A stretch of 64,000 nucleotides of DNA. Source: Azolla caroliniana (taxonomy: Eukaryota > Plantae > Polypodiophyta). Position 1 is the first letter of the stretch. Each line of letters starts with the position of its first letter. Shown here piece by piece: positions 40,501 through 52,984 of the stretch. Both the position numbers and the translations under genes were made by a program. The stretch is taken from positions 11,718,001-11,782,000 of the forward strand of contig JBHGNT010000004.1 of assembly GCA_043228905.1 (NCBI GenBank). The letters run 5' to 3'. A model generated the notes under the pieces. The model worked only from the letters and a program-made list of their open reading frames with translations. It was not told the DNA's origin and ran no database searches.

Positions 40501-41531
40501 GTATATATGTGACCACATATGCCTATATTAAACATATCGTTATATTAAATAGCCACAAATGATGTGATCGAGATACGTAATCGAGGTATATACCTCTACG
40601 CACACGAAACATCCACAAATAAGAGATCATCGTAATACGCAATTGAGGTATTGACCTCTTACGCATACGAGACCAACCGCATATCATTTACAACAAATCA
40701 ACAACTCATACGCAAATGTAACATATGTTCGTGAACGTAATACGTAATTGAGGTATTAACCTCGTATGCATACGACACTCATCACATATTATTAATATGT
40801 CAAACGAGGTATTGACCTCGTGCACATATGTAAACGTTTTAGATAATCAATTAAAGACCACTACAACATCATTGACTTAATGAAAAAAATTACATATAAA
40901 CTAAACACATGATTAGATGGGAGAAGAGAGAATAGAAAGAAAAATTATGGAAAGAGTTACCGAAGTTCTTTGTTGATCGTTGTCTGGATCAAGGCCGACC
41001 GCACATCGATCGATCAACATCAATCAAAAGACAAATGAAAAACAAAGAAACATTAGTACGTAAATCTGATACCAAATATTATAGATCTAAGTACTAAAGT
41101 AAGCTTAAGATAAGGATAAAGTAATGATAGATAGAAAGGAGAAAGAGAAAGAAGGGTGCCGATCCACCCGACCACCCCCAAGCGAAGGGATCGAGACGGA
41201 CTCGAGCCTCGATCGGCGTCCCATACCACCGCCGTGGCGTCGAGTCGTACCTGGTGCTGGCGCGCTCGCTACAAGAGTTGACCCACCACACGAGCAGAGT
41301 CTCGATGTAGTCAAAAGTTGATCAAATGAGGGTAGCTAGGCCTCTTATTTATAGCGATACCCAAGGCCCCCAGGCAAGTTCACACTTGACCTAATGGGTT
41401 GTCTCAATCCCGAGGATTAAAAGTAATCCTCCCCTTCTTTACACTCTCGTTTAACCCTCACACTTATCCACGTGTATAGAATACTACGGTAAATTCTTAC
41501 CACGGGATATTATATGGTCATGCCCGTAACA
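34518..41531 (-). mobile_element. Full-length Ty3/Gypsy chromovirus; 455-bp LTRs at 34518-34972 and 41077-41531; TSD CTCCG/CTCCA
   Basis: LTRs differ at about 11 positions by eye; PBS TGGTATCAGA (41065-41074 rc); PPT rc 34973-34990; domain order gag-PR-RT-RH-IN-chromodomain. Confidence 0.96.
34959..39392 (-). pseudogene. Chromovirus gag-pol polyprotein, single frame with a few in-frame stops
   Basis: ORFs 37803..39392, 36387..37658 and 34959..36350 share one frame; [45 protein letters not shown], chromodomain PERILD...IKW...ATWE. Confidence 0.93.
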
Positions 41532-42136
41532 CTCCAGATGGGATCCGATGATGAATAAAGAGGACCCGGTGAGAACCGGAAGAGATCCGGAAACCGGAGG
41601 AGACCCGGTGAGAACCGGAAGAGAGACTCGGTGAGAACCGAATGAGAAGACATATCTGTAAATATGTTTTGAGTAAGCCTATTGAGGCTATATTTGTAAA
41701 TAGCCCTAAGTTCGTATAAGTATAAATATGACTTAGGGCAATCACTTTGTAATGAGGTAGTTATCATACTGTTGTAATTGTTGTCCAGAGAGCGACAGAG
41801 AGAGCGACAGAGAGAGAGAGAGAGAAAGAGAGAGAGACTGTGTGTGAGATACAATGAGATACTCTGTTGTAACCGTTGGTTGGCGAAGATATAGAGCTCG
41901 AGGTCGTTGCCTTCGAGGCTTTGATTGTACCTTTCTCCCATAGTGATAGTTGGAGTCTGTGGGCTCCCGTGGTTTTTCCCTATTTGGGTTTTCCACGTAA
42001 ACATCCTGTGTATTTCCTTTGTGGGCTCCTTTGTGTACTCTCCATTTCCCATTACTTGGTTGAAAACCGGACGCTAACCAGTAACCGGATGACACTCAAC
42101 GAACCGGCTAGATACGGACAAGAAACCGAACCAACC

Positions 42137-42142
42137 GAAGAA

Positions 42143-42189
<47 letters not shown>

Positions 42190-42198
42190 AGAAGAAGA
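42137..42198 (+). repeat. (GAA)n microsatellite in the Copia E IN-RT spacer
   Basis: About 20 GAA units, versus about 4 at the homologous site in Copia A (~4218). Confidence 0.9.
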
Positions 42199-44608
42199 CA
42201 CCGGAATCAGACAAGATCCCGAATCAGATTCGGATTCGGAACAAATGGAGGAACCAACAGTCAGAAACCAGGGACAGACATATCCTCTCCGAGAGAGAAG
42301 AGCCCCCTAGAGAATTTTGGATGCAGAGCATGTGTTGCTAATAGATGAGGGGGAGCCGGAAAGCTTCGAAGAAGCAAAGAGAGACACCCATAGCTGCAAG
42401 TGGTGGAGTGCCATGCAGGATGAGATGGATTCCCTACATGAGAACCACACATATGAATTGACGGAGTTGTAGAAAGGGAAGAGAGCACTCCGGAATAAAT
42501 GGGTGTACAAGTTGAAACTGGGAGATGCCGGAAATCCACCCAGGTATAAGGCCCAAATCATGGTGAAAGGCTTCCAGCAGAAGAAAGGAGTGGATTTCGA
42601 TTAGATCTTTGCCCCGGTAGTAAAGATGACATCCATCTGGACGGTATTGGGCATAGCGGCAAGCATGGACCTGGAGGTAGAGCAACTGGATGTCAAGACA
42701 ACATTCCTACATGGTGACCTCGAAGAAGAGATCTACATGCACCAACAGGAAGGATTTGAGAGGAAAGGGAAGGAGGACCTGGTGTGTCGGCTGAAGAAGA
42801 GCCTAACCGGACTGAAGTAAGCCCCCTGGCAATGGTACCGGAATTTCGACTCCTTCATGACCGACCAAGGGTACCACAAGATGCAGGCCAATCACTGCTT
42901 GTTTGTGAAGAAATTTGATGGAGGAGATTTCCTATTTCTCCTCCTGTATGTGGATGATATGCTGATCGTTAGACGAGACGAAGGCAAGATTCGGATGCTG
43001 AAGAAGGCTCTGAACCAGACCTTCTCAATGAAAAACTTGGGGCCGACAAGACAGATATTGGGAATGCACATCATCCGGGACCGGTCGAAGAAGCTGTTGT
43101 GGCTGTCACAGGAGAAGTATGTGACAAAGGTGCTTCAACGGTTCAACATGTCGGAGGCGAAACCGGTCGGATCGACACTTCCGGCAAACTGCAAGCTATC
43201 CGGAAAACAAAGCCCGAGGACAAAGGCGGAGAAGAGGGATATGATGAAGATACCATATGCCTCTGCCGTCTGGAGCTTGATGTACGCGATGGTATGTACC
43301 CAGTCGGATATTGGATATGTAGTCGGAGTGGTGAGTCGGTTCATGAGCAATCCCGGAAGAGAGCACTGGAACGCGTTCAAGTGGGTACTTCGGTATCTGA
43401 AAGGCACCTCGAGTATGTGTATCCAGTTTAGCTCCAGAAAACCCCAACTCGATGGTTTCACGGATTCAGATATGTTGGCTGATGCAGATACTAGCCGGTC
43501 GACATTCGGATATGTCATGACTTATGCAGGGGGAGTTGTTTCATGGCAGTCGAGGCTGCAAAAGATGGTTGCATTGTCAACCACGGAGGCGGAGTACATG
43601 GCAGATGTAGAAGCCGGTAGGGAGATAATCTGGATGAAGGACTTCATCGGAGAGCTAGGGATCCAACATGAGGAATACCGGCTCTACTGTGATAATCAAA
43701 GCGCCATCCACCTTGCAAAGAACGCGGCCTACCATTCTCGGACAAAACATATCCAGTGGAGGTACCACTGGATCCGGGAGAAAGTAGAAGATCAAGAGTT
43801 CGTGCTGACAAAGATCCACACGGAGGAGAACGGCTTGGACATGCTAACCAAGATCATGACAACCGACAAGCTGGACGCGTGTTGAAAGCGGATTGGGCTG
43901 ACAAGATATCCCATGCCGGAGTGAAGGGGGAGATTGTTGGGAAATTGGTCTCTCCAGATGGGATCCGGTGATGAATAAAGAGGACCCGGTGAGAACCGGA
44001 AGAGAGAGCCGGTGAGAACCGAAAGAGAAGACATATTTGTAAATATGTTTTGAGTAAGCCTATTGAGGCTATATTTGTAAATAGCCCTAAGTTCATATAA
44101 GTATAAATATGACTTAGGGCAATCACTTTGTAATGAGGTAGTTGTCATACTGTTGTAATTGTTGTCTAGAGAGCGACAGAGAGAGAGAGAGAGAGAGTAT
44201 GTGAGATACAAAGAGATACTCTGTTGTAACCGCCGGTTGGTGAAGATACAGAGCTCAAGGTCGTTGCCTCCGAGGCTCTGATTGTACATACCTTTCTCCC
44301 ATAGTGATAGTTGGAGTTCGTGGGCTCTCGTGGTTTTTCCATATTTGGGTTTTCTACGTAAACATCCTGTGTATTTCCTTTGTGTACTCTCCATTTCCCA
44401 TTTCTGTGTTTCATTCTCATAGAAGTGATTCAAGACTCGGTTGTGGCCGAGCAATATTCCATGCTAATCCTCGACATAAAGCAACTCGACGTGGTGTAGA
44501 AGAAATAAAGAAAATAAGGGAACTTGAGGTACACCGCCTAGAAACTATGGCTGGGGCGCACTCTATACACTGAGACCATGGGTCACACCCACACCAAAAC
44601 CCTTTGAG

Positions 44609-45148
44609 TACAATACTATGAGTACAAGACGAGTACTTTACATCCTTCAATAAATACTGATTTAGTGTAAATACAACATACAACATAGTACAATGTGTCT
44701 ATGGAGAACACTTCACATGGATTAAAAGATAATTAGTACAATTCTCTTAAGGATGGACAATACTATGAGTACAAGACGAGTACTTTACATCCTTCTGTAA
44801 ACACAACATAGTACAGATACAACACACAACATAGTACAATGTGTCTATGGAGAACACTTCACATGGATTAAAAGATAATTAGTACAATTCTCTTAAGGAC
44901 AGACAATACTATGAGTACAAGACAAGTACTTTACATCCTTCTGTAAACACAACATAGTACAATGTGTCTATGGAGAACACTTCACATGCATTAAAGATAA
45001 TTAGTACAATTCTCTTAAGGACGGACAATACTATAGAGTACAATACGAGTACTTTACATTCTTTAGTAAATACTGATTTAGTAAAGATACAACAAACAAC
45101 ATAGTACACTTTGTCTATGGAGAACACTTCACATGGATTAAAAGATAA
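44609..45148. repeat. Four-copy 120-150-bp tandem repeat
   Basis: acaatactatgagtacaa...tgtctatggagaacacttcacatg.attaaa occurs four times. Confidence 0.88.
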
Positions 45149-45258
45149 TAGTATTGTGTGTGAATAGTTACAAACATAATTAGTATGCATGCACTAACAC
45201 AAGAATTACTTCCTTACACATTGCATGATAAGTACTAAACATATGGATTAAAAATTAC

Positions 45259-46915
45259 CTGGCAATAAAGTAGAACGATCGTGCCACCTTAAACTGCGAG
45301 GCAGCACCATCAGACCAAACCCAATGACGGTTAAAGGTTAACCCTAGAGACAATAAATCTGCATGGTGAAGCTTAAAACAATGTTGAACAAATAGTGTAT
45401 CATGCTTTTTATCATCTGAAATGTAAAATATTGATTTCTTATGTAACTCACCGTCTTGCCTCCAATAGCAAATATGTACAAGTATTGTACATTGATCATT
45501 GTACCAATGCATTGATTGAACCTCATTTTGAACTTTAAATGTATAGTTTTCTGCAAAGTCAATAACGGATACGATGACACCCGTTGGTAAGTTATTAATA
45601 CATTCCTTGAATTGTGAATTTTGCCAATAACTCCGGAAGTTATGTGGAATGAACTCCCCAAGTTGTTTCTTAAATTCTGAGACAAGGGTAGCAACACATG
45701 TCTCCTTATATACTTCCTTGATACGCTTAGTTACAAGTCCCTTGCCAATATTTTCAGTCACATACTCTAAATATTTCCATTTCACGATATGACTGTTTCC
45801 CAAATCAAACTCCTGCCTACAAAATAATGGTAGCGGACAAACCTTACATGTTCTTAATAGACATGTGCGACGATGCCACTCACATGATGGTTCTTTTTCA
45901 CAAACACAAGACCTCCATAGCTTAGAAACGGATGCATAAGTCATGTTTCGTGCGTTACACCTATTATCCTCCCCATTTGGTCTACAAACCTCACAAGTGC
46001 AGACACATAATTCCCCGTGTATACCCTTAGAATCAGTACGCATTGCATTCACTCCTAGCCTTAACATGTCCATCTTCACGTGGTACACACAACAACATGT
46101 ATTCCTCTCATTTAATTTTCTAACATAAAATGGTTTCAAACCTTGGAACTTGCGGAATCCAACAGTCAAGCTTGGATGTTGGTCTTTAAAGTTCATGTAC
46201 AATTCAGCCTACATCAACCAATATATATAGCAAACATTAATATACACTTGGTCAAAACACAAATTTATAGAATGTGAATTGATATAAAAAAATGGAATAC
46301 CTCTGTCATCTCCAAGAAGTGTCTAGGGTGAATCTGGTACTTACCTTGACTTATTCGTTGTCTACACACGTCCTTCTTATTTGGTGAGACACGCATATTT
46401 TTGGCCCAAAATGAATCCACTTTCTCAATAATCTCGTGAGATAAGGCATCGCATCGTCGTCTACGTCCCAACCCCAGCCACTTGAATTGGCTTGAGTGTA
46501 TATTTCTGCGATGTTTCCTCAAGTTCCTTCTTTGAATACCCAGGGCTAAGGCAACTTTAGTATCACTATATTTTTTTTCTCTCGCACCGTTCACAACCAT
46601 GTGTAGGGCTGCCCTCTTTGCAGCAAGTTTGTCTATGCTCTCTACACCTTTCACTAGGTCTAGGGATGACTTCATAGACTCTACAATCTCTTCTGAAACA
46701 CATTGGTCCCTAAATTTTATTCTCTCCATGTCTTCATTCAAACGTTGATGGTGTAACACTCTACATATAATATCCCTACGATCCTCTTCACTAAATCTCT
46801 TCGTTATTTCTACCAAATAATGGACTATGTGAAGAACCACCCGTCTCTTGGTCCTTTCAGATATACATGAGTTACTTGACAACTCACTCTCGTTGGGTCC
46901 CCCATTTGGTCACTA
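45259..46915 (-). pseudogene. Spliced Sola-like (probably Sola2-type) DDE transposase, C-terminally truncated; exons ~46915-46301 and 46208-45259
   Basis: LEMTE|AELYMNFK joined by a GT-AG intron at 46209-46300; Cys-rich region; DFAENY..Q.EVQSMHW..Q.T, ISDDKKHD, WSDGAASQFK; donor at 45258 but no downstream exon found. Confidence 0.7.
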
Positions 46916-47044
46916 GATTTATCCAAAAAAATTAAGCATCCGGCGAGAGTAGTTAATGTTATATAGACTACACTAAGAAAACACAGTCAAATGTTTTTAA
47001 ATGTGGCCTGCAAAGTGAGAAATAATTTGTTTTGAACATTAGAA

Positions 47045-47520
47045 TTACGAATCAAATATGACAATTGTAAAATCTAAAAATTTAGTACTGAAAAATGAAG
47101 AAATGAAAATTTTTAGTCCTGAAAATAAAAAAATGGATGGAAGGAACCTCCAATGGTGGCGGGAGCGTTGATTTAGTGTGATATGCCGCCTCGATTTGCT
47201 GGAAGGAACCTCCAATGGTGGAAGCACGACGTACAAATTTGACAATTGTAAAATCTAAAAATTTAGTAGTGAAAAATGAAGAAATGAAAAATTTTAGTCC
47301 TGAAAATAAAAAATTGGATGCAAGGAACCTCCAATGGTGGCGGGAGCGTTGATTCTGTGTGATAGGCCACCTCGATTTGCTAGAAAGAACCTCCAATGGT
47401 GGAGGACGCCTTGATTCTTTGTGATATGCCGCCTTGATTTAGTGGAAGGAACCTCCAATGGTGGAGGGCGCCTTGAATCTTTGTGATATGCCGCCTGGAT
47501 TCGGTGGAAGGATCCTCGTC
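47045..47520. repeat. Repeats upstream of the transposase (~180-bp duplication plus ~55-60-bp units)
   Basis: gaacctccaatggtgg occurs about 5 times; acaattgtaaaatctaaaaatttagta twice. Confidence 0.8.
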
Positions 47521-48169
47521 TCGATGGAAAAAGCCCCAAATCACCACGACATAAACTACAATCGGTGGAAGTAAGAAAGTCGTTGTCGAAGAAGTCACTA
47601 TTGGCTGTTATAAGAGGCCTCAGAACAGTCTCTGTTCCTCAACCTAAACCCTAACAAAAATAGAAACCCTAAAAAAACCAGAAATCCTTAACTCAAAAGC
47701 TCCAACCTGACATGGATGTCTGAGATTTACTCCCTAACCCCTAACAAAACTCTTAGATTGGAGGAAAAGCAGAAACGTGACATGGATGTCTAAGATGAAG
47801 ACCTCAGAGGGATAGAGGAAGAGGAGTATGAGGGGAACCACCAAAATCGACGTGAGGGGAAAATAGCCCCCAAAATAGAAAGAACATCTCCTCATGTGTT
47901 CCCCCCACTCCTTGTAGTAAATGACACTTGTACTACAGTCACCCCACTCTCCAAAATCAATTTTTTTTTTTCTCTGATTTTTTTTTCTGAATTATTCAGC
48001 ACTAACAGTATCGAAAGTACTGACAATTTTTGTGGCAAAAAACAATACTTTTTTGGTACACTGTAGCGTGCTTCCACCGTAGGACAATATACGTTGGCAT
48101 AGTCGTATGTTACGATATTTGGCGGATTTCGCCCCGCCATTACATGCTGCCGTCCACCGTACACCTTTC

Positions 48170-50040
48170 AACTGGACGACAACTTAAGAAAAAGCATACG
48201 ATGCGCTTAAAATAATCCTAACTCAAGCACCAGTCGTACAACCACCAGATTGGGGGAAACCATTTCATGTTTTTGTAGATGCCTTAGACATAGCAATAGG
48301 TAGTGTGTTGATGCAGCTCACGGAGCCGAATTGGTACAGACCAGTGTATTACGCCAATAGGAAACTATCAAAGGCGGAGGAGCGTAACTAATCCACACCA
48401 GAACGAGAAGCGTTGGGGATGATATACAACATCAATAAATTCCGACATTATTTACTGGGTCGGAAATTTATGTTTCACGTGGACCATACGGTGTTACTAT
48501 ACCTGGTGGGAAAGCAAGTGCTAACAGGAAAATTGGATAGATGGATGTTGTTGCTCTAGGAGTTCGACTTTGTTATACAACATCGGCCTGGTACGCAACA
48601 CGCTCTAGCGGATTTCTTAAGCAGGATAGATAATGGAGAAATGGTGCGAAAGGATGACGACAACTTTCTTGATGCAGACATCATACGGATCACAACTATA
48701 GTGACACGTACGGAAAAAACTTTTCCCAATCGTTGGTTGATGGAGATGACATTCTTTCTGACCACAGGATTACCACCACCGCAATTAAGGACGAACGAAA
48801 AGAAACGATTGGCCGTCCGAAGTCGTAACTTCTGTTTGGTTGAAGGGGTCTTGTATCACAAAGGCAACGACAGAATCTGGCGACGCGGAATACGCCAGGT
48901 TGAGAAAGATGCGGTTTTACGCGAAGCTCACTGTGGTACGACAGGAGGACACTACGCGGGCAATGTTATGGCTCGTAAAGTCTGGCAAGCCGGCCTATGG
49001 TAGCCGACTACGCAAAAGGATGCGCATGAATATTGCAAACAATGCGATCTATGTCAATGGATGGGCCAGCCCAGGGAGGTCGCAAGAATGCCTCATCAAC
49101 CAGTGTTGCCGTTGGATCCATTCCAGAAATGGGGACTTGATTTCGTGGGGCCGTTTACACCAGTGGTAGCTTGGACTGGCAATAAATATATACTCGTGGC
49201 TACTGATTATTGTACCAAGTGGGTGGAAGTGAAAGCACTATGAGAAAATATCGTGGCAGTGACAATGAAATTTCTTTACGAACACATCTGGTGTCATTTT
49301 GGCTGCTCTATCGAGCTCATCAGAGACCAAGGAAGCCACTTTCTAAATTCGGTCATCCGGGAGCTGACACAACACTATGTCATTGTCCACAAGAAAAGCA
49401 CGCCGTATTATCCATAGGCGAACGGTTTAGCGGAGTCCACGAACTGTTACAAACCATACTAAAAAAAATCGTCAATGAGAACAAAACAGATTGGGATACC
49501 AAATTACACAGCGCGTTATGGGCATACCGAACCAGCTATAAGACTAGCATACAATCCACGCCTTTCCGGCTAACATTTGGGCTGGAGGCCGTAATGTCAG
49601 TCGAATTTGAAGTACCCAGTCTGCGGATTTAGGTACGAGACTGGCTATCAGAAGACAAATCCGAACAAATCCGGCTACAACAGCTGCTCGAACTAGGCGA
49701 GACACGATTACAAAGCATGGCCATACTAGAACAAGAGTGGCGTCGGTGTAAAGCATTCGTGGACCAACATCGAAATGCGCGTGAAAAAGATTTTGTGGTC
49801 GGCAAAGCGGTCTTAGTCTTTCAAACACGGATGGGGCAAATGGCAGGTAAATTAAGATTCTGCTGGACGGAGCCGTACTAGATAGTTGGCGCGGAAAACG
49901 ACACGTTTCAACTAGGCACCCTGGCCGGCGAAGTGTTACGACAAAAGGTGAATGGGTTTCGACTAAAGCCCTACCTGGGACCGACGCCCCCAAACCCGTT
50001 CCATGTCGTAAACGACACGGCTGAAGTATCCGCGTATTAA
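48170..50040 (+). mobile_element. Degenerate non-chromovirus Gypsy pol (RNase H, integrase, GPY/F)
   Basis: [49 protein letters not shown]; many stops. Confidence 0.88.
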
Positions 50041-50391
50041 TTAAAGGGACCCACATGTATTATAGTGTAACAGTAATATTGTATTTAACCGTTAGAGAAA
50101 AGAAAAAAGAAAGAAAGAGAGAAGATAGTGACGCTATTAAAAGGGCTTGATGCATGCGCAACTTCTAGAGCAAGAACACGCGACACCACGATGGCTCACA
50201 GACCAATGAACCCTAGGCCACAAAAAGAAGAAAATAGAAGGTTTTTTGCATAGTACAGAAACCAATCTTCAGCCTTTAACCCTCCTCGCTCTCGTCGCTC
50301 TCCTCACTCACCTTACTCCCCATCATACCACAGAGCCCACGTCTGTCATAGCCAACAAACCTCACCCACTACCCACGAGTCTCACCCACCC

Positions 50392-51019
50392 ATGATGCCG
50401 ATCACTATTTTTGCTGCGTTGCGCAGATGGCTCCTCGAAAAGAGACTGGATGGATACATCAAAGTCATCGAGGCACCTGCTCACCCTGAAGCCCGAGAAA
50501 TTGCCAGGAAGCTCAATATAGACACGGTCACCAACGCTACCATCCGGAAGAAGCTTGACTTATCATCGCTTGGAGAAAAACATTTCGACATCCCTCCTGC
50601 GGAAACCTTGCAGAAATATTTCAGGGCATATTCGGTGTTCGCCAAAGCATACAAGACAAAGGAAATCCCCGGATCCCTTCTTTTGAGAAATAGCCAAGTT
50701 CTTGCTGGAGGTAGAATGCGTGCACGTAAATGCCTATGGGATGCCCAAGCAGAAGGCAGGCATCATCATTGATAACTTCGAAGGGCGCACGATCGATTGG
50801 GGGGTAATTACGGGACCAACTTTACGGGAAGGTGTGCACGCGTATCAGGGCGGCAAAAGGCTAAGGCCAATCATACAAGAGTATTTGACAATACTATTTC
50901 CACCCCGAGGTTTGCCCGCACCACAACCCAACCAACCCACACCGCCGCCACATTCCGCAAAATGGAGGTTAGCGGAGTTGGCTACCACGGAATGGGAAGA
51001 TGAACCACAATCTTCCTAG
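50392..51019 (+). pseudogene. Extra ORF 3' of the Gypsy pol (frameshifted), function unknown
   Basis: Overlapping ORFs 50392..50772 and 50702..51019 with protein-like composition (GRTIDWG motif, Pro-rich tail) directly after the integrase. Confidence 0.5.
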
Positions 51020-52049
51020 CCTAGCATGCAGACAACATAGGGAGAACGGTCGGCAAGCAGGGAGGAAGCTCCACATGAGTAGGAAGCCGAGCAACGCTAG
51101 GAAAGCCTGAGGCCGAAACGACGTACGCTAGATAGGAAAGATTGGCGCAGACTAGTAATAGACACAACCGCGGACACAGACACGACCTCTTTGGTCGACA
51201 GTTCCGCATCTACGGAGTTCAACACCACTTTCAGAATAATCCGGGAACCACGGCCGATCATTACAACCTAGTCGCATCATGGGAAAGGCGTACTCACGAT
51301 GGAAAGCGAAGTCCTAAAGTACCCGGACATCCCGAATATAGCCCATGAGTTCGGTGCGCTACTACAATTCGGAACAACTTACGAACTCATGGAATTTTTG
51401 GCCACGCGGAAAATCAAGGTATCGCAAAGAATGGTGGAGGAGCACGTTGTCGCGGTAATCCGCGATTGCATGTCGGATCCGGGCGGGACCATCAGGGACA
51501 TCGATCAGGAGGGGAGGAGTTGCTGGGGACCCGAATCCTCTAGGGCTTGCCGCGTTGCCAGCCAGTTCGATCCCGGATACTCTTCGGACGCGACCGGTTA
51601 CTGCACGGGAAGCGAGAGAGCGCGCCCTCGTCCTTGCCGCCCCTTTTGCCCATACGTATAAGGGACCCAAAAGAGGCACGGGAGACAACCTAGTTAACTG
51701 TGCCCGCAAACATGCACACACCCATATACACACCTGGTTACAACCGGCAACCACACACGCATTCGCTCTCGGACCCTACGCTAACTGGACACACACACAC
51801 ACCCTCACACGCAACGCTCGCTGCGATGCCAGTTCCACACGAAGAGGAAGAGGGAACATGCATCCTAGGGCCGGTTGGGGAGCTCCCAGGCTCGTTTGCG
51901 CGACGGAACCCTCGTGCAAGGCACGCCTCTTCCAGAATGACCGCCTCTTGTGCCAAGCCACCTTCAGGGAGCGCATGGGCTCGCTGAACCAAGTGGGGTC
52001 TTGCGCACCAACGAGGGAGACCTGCCAATAGACCACCTAGCACGTGGAC

Positions 52050-52601
52050 TCTGCACAAGCGACAAAAGCCAACACCTACGCACACACTTGTAGACATGCC
52101 GGACTGCGGTATGCTGAGAGCCAACGATTAGGAACTCAGGGAAAGCACAGACAGTCCGCATGCCGCCTGCCACAACCAAACACACTGCCTACGCATGCAC
52201 AGAGAAGGCCCCGAAACCCTAACAAAAAACAGAGACAATGCACCCACACAGCAAGATGAAGAGGAGACAAAAACAGACGTTATACGCAGAAGCTTATTAA
52301 CACTAAATGGAACCTCAAAACGAGGAACAATGAGGAACAAAACTGTTTGGGACCCAATGAGTGGGAACCCCTGTTCAAGAAGCACGCCCTCCCTTTTATA
52401 GAACAAGGTAAGGGTCGCGTGATTATGTGGGATAAATCCCGACTTACATGGGATTCTCCGTCCCAAATAAACTTCTACTCGGCGCCATAAAGGCACCCCT
52501 ATTCCCTATACAAGTTTTACAAGAGTGGGTGCACATGGTGCACCTTGCCGATTCCTCCAATATCTCCCAGTTTCTCACCGTAGCCCAGAATCTTCACGAC
52601 A
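52050..52601 (-). repeat. LTR-like fragment of the TGTCGTGAAG family; left end undefined
   Basis: TCTTCACGACA terminus at 52601; minus-strand CTATAAAAGGGAGGG at ~52387-52401, as in LTR 58602. Confidence 0.45.
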
Positions 52602-52984
52602 ACGCAGAGCAACAGACTGCACATCCATTGGTATGTGCCAAATTCAGGGAAAGGTGATAGATTCTAGCAGGTGAGGAACCGGTCTTCCTTAATCAACACT
52701 CCAGTTTCCGCGTCGGCCTTGCCGTTCTGAACTGTCGGCCCTGGTTGTTCCTCGCGCTCGCCTCTCCGTAGGCTCGCTCGACCCGTCAATAGGTCCTTGC
52801 CGCGATTTGTCCTGTGCGCGTGGTCCCTTGTTGGCTCTTCTCTCGACCGCCCGCATGCTTCCTGTTCCTCCGGATATGTGGTGTCCTTCATCCGAGGAGT
52901 AGCCGTGATGGCCCGCTTAGCCTTTGTAGACCTTCACATCGTCTTGGTTGCCATCCCTTGTCATCCGTTGCCTTCATCCCCTGC

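Larger units (their letters stand above)
34496..44476 (+). mobile_element. Copia element E (related to A); 5' LTR split by the chromovirus; gag-IN deleted; RT/RH ~42340-43920; 3' LTR 43935-44476
   Basis: TGTTGGGAAATTGGTCTCTCC at 34496 and 43935; PPT 43922-43932; TSD CAAAG/TAAAG; ORF 42857..43885 has LLYVDDML, YCDNQSAIHLAKN. Confidence 0.9.

Noticed and set aside
40570-40830. Spaced palindromic repeats resembling a CRISPR array
   Set aside because: Degenerate, irregularly spaced, inside a retrotransposon leader, no cas genes, eukaryotic context
41876-42310. Poly-Glu protein ORF
   Set aside because: Read-through of LTR sequence into a (GAA)n microsatellite
43792-44454. 220-aa antisense ORF and similar ORFs at 1159, 11423 and 41510
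   Set aside because: Translations of homologous LTRs; the recurrence reflects repeat identity and the frames are not conserved
47640-47745. Interstitial telomere (AAACCCTAA)
   Set aside because: Only 2-3 dispersed copies; telobox-like motifs
51475-51492. Possible minus-strand PBS TGGTCCCGCCCGG
   Set aside because: No adjacent LTR end and no confident tRNA match
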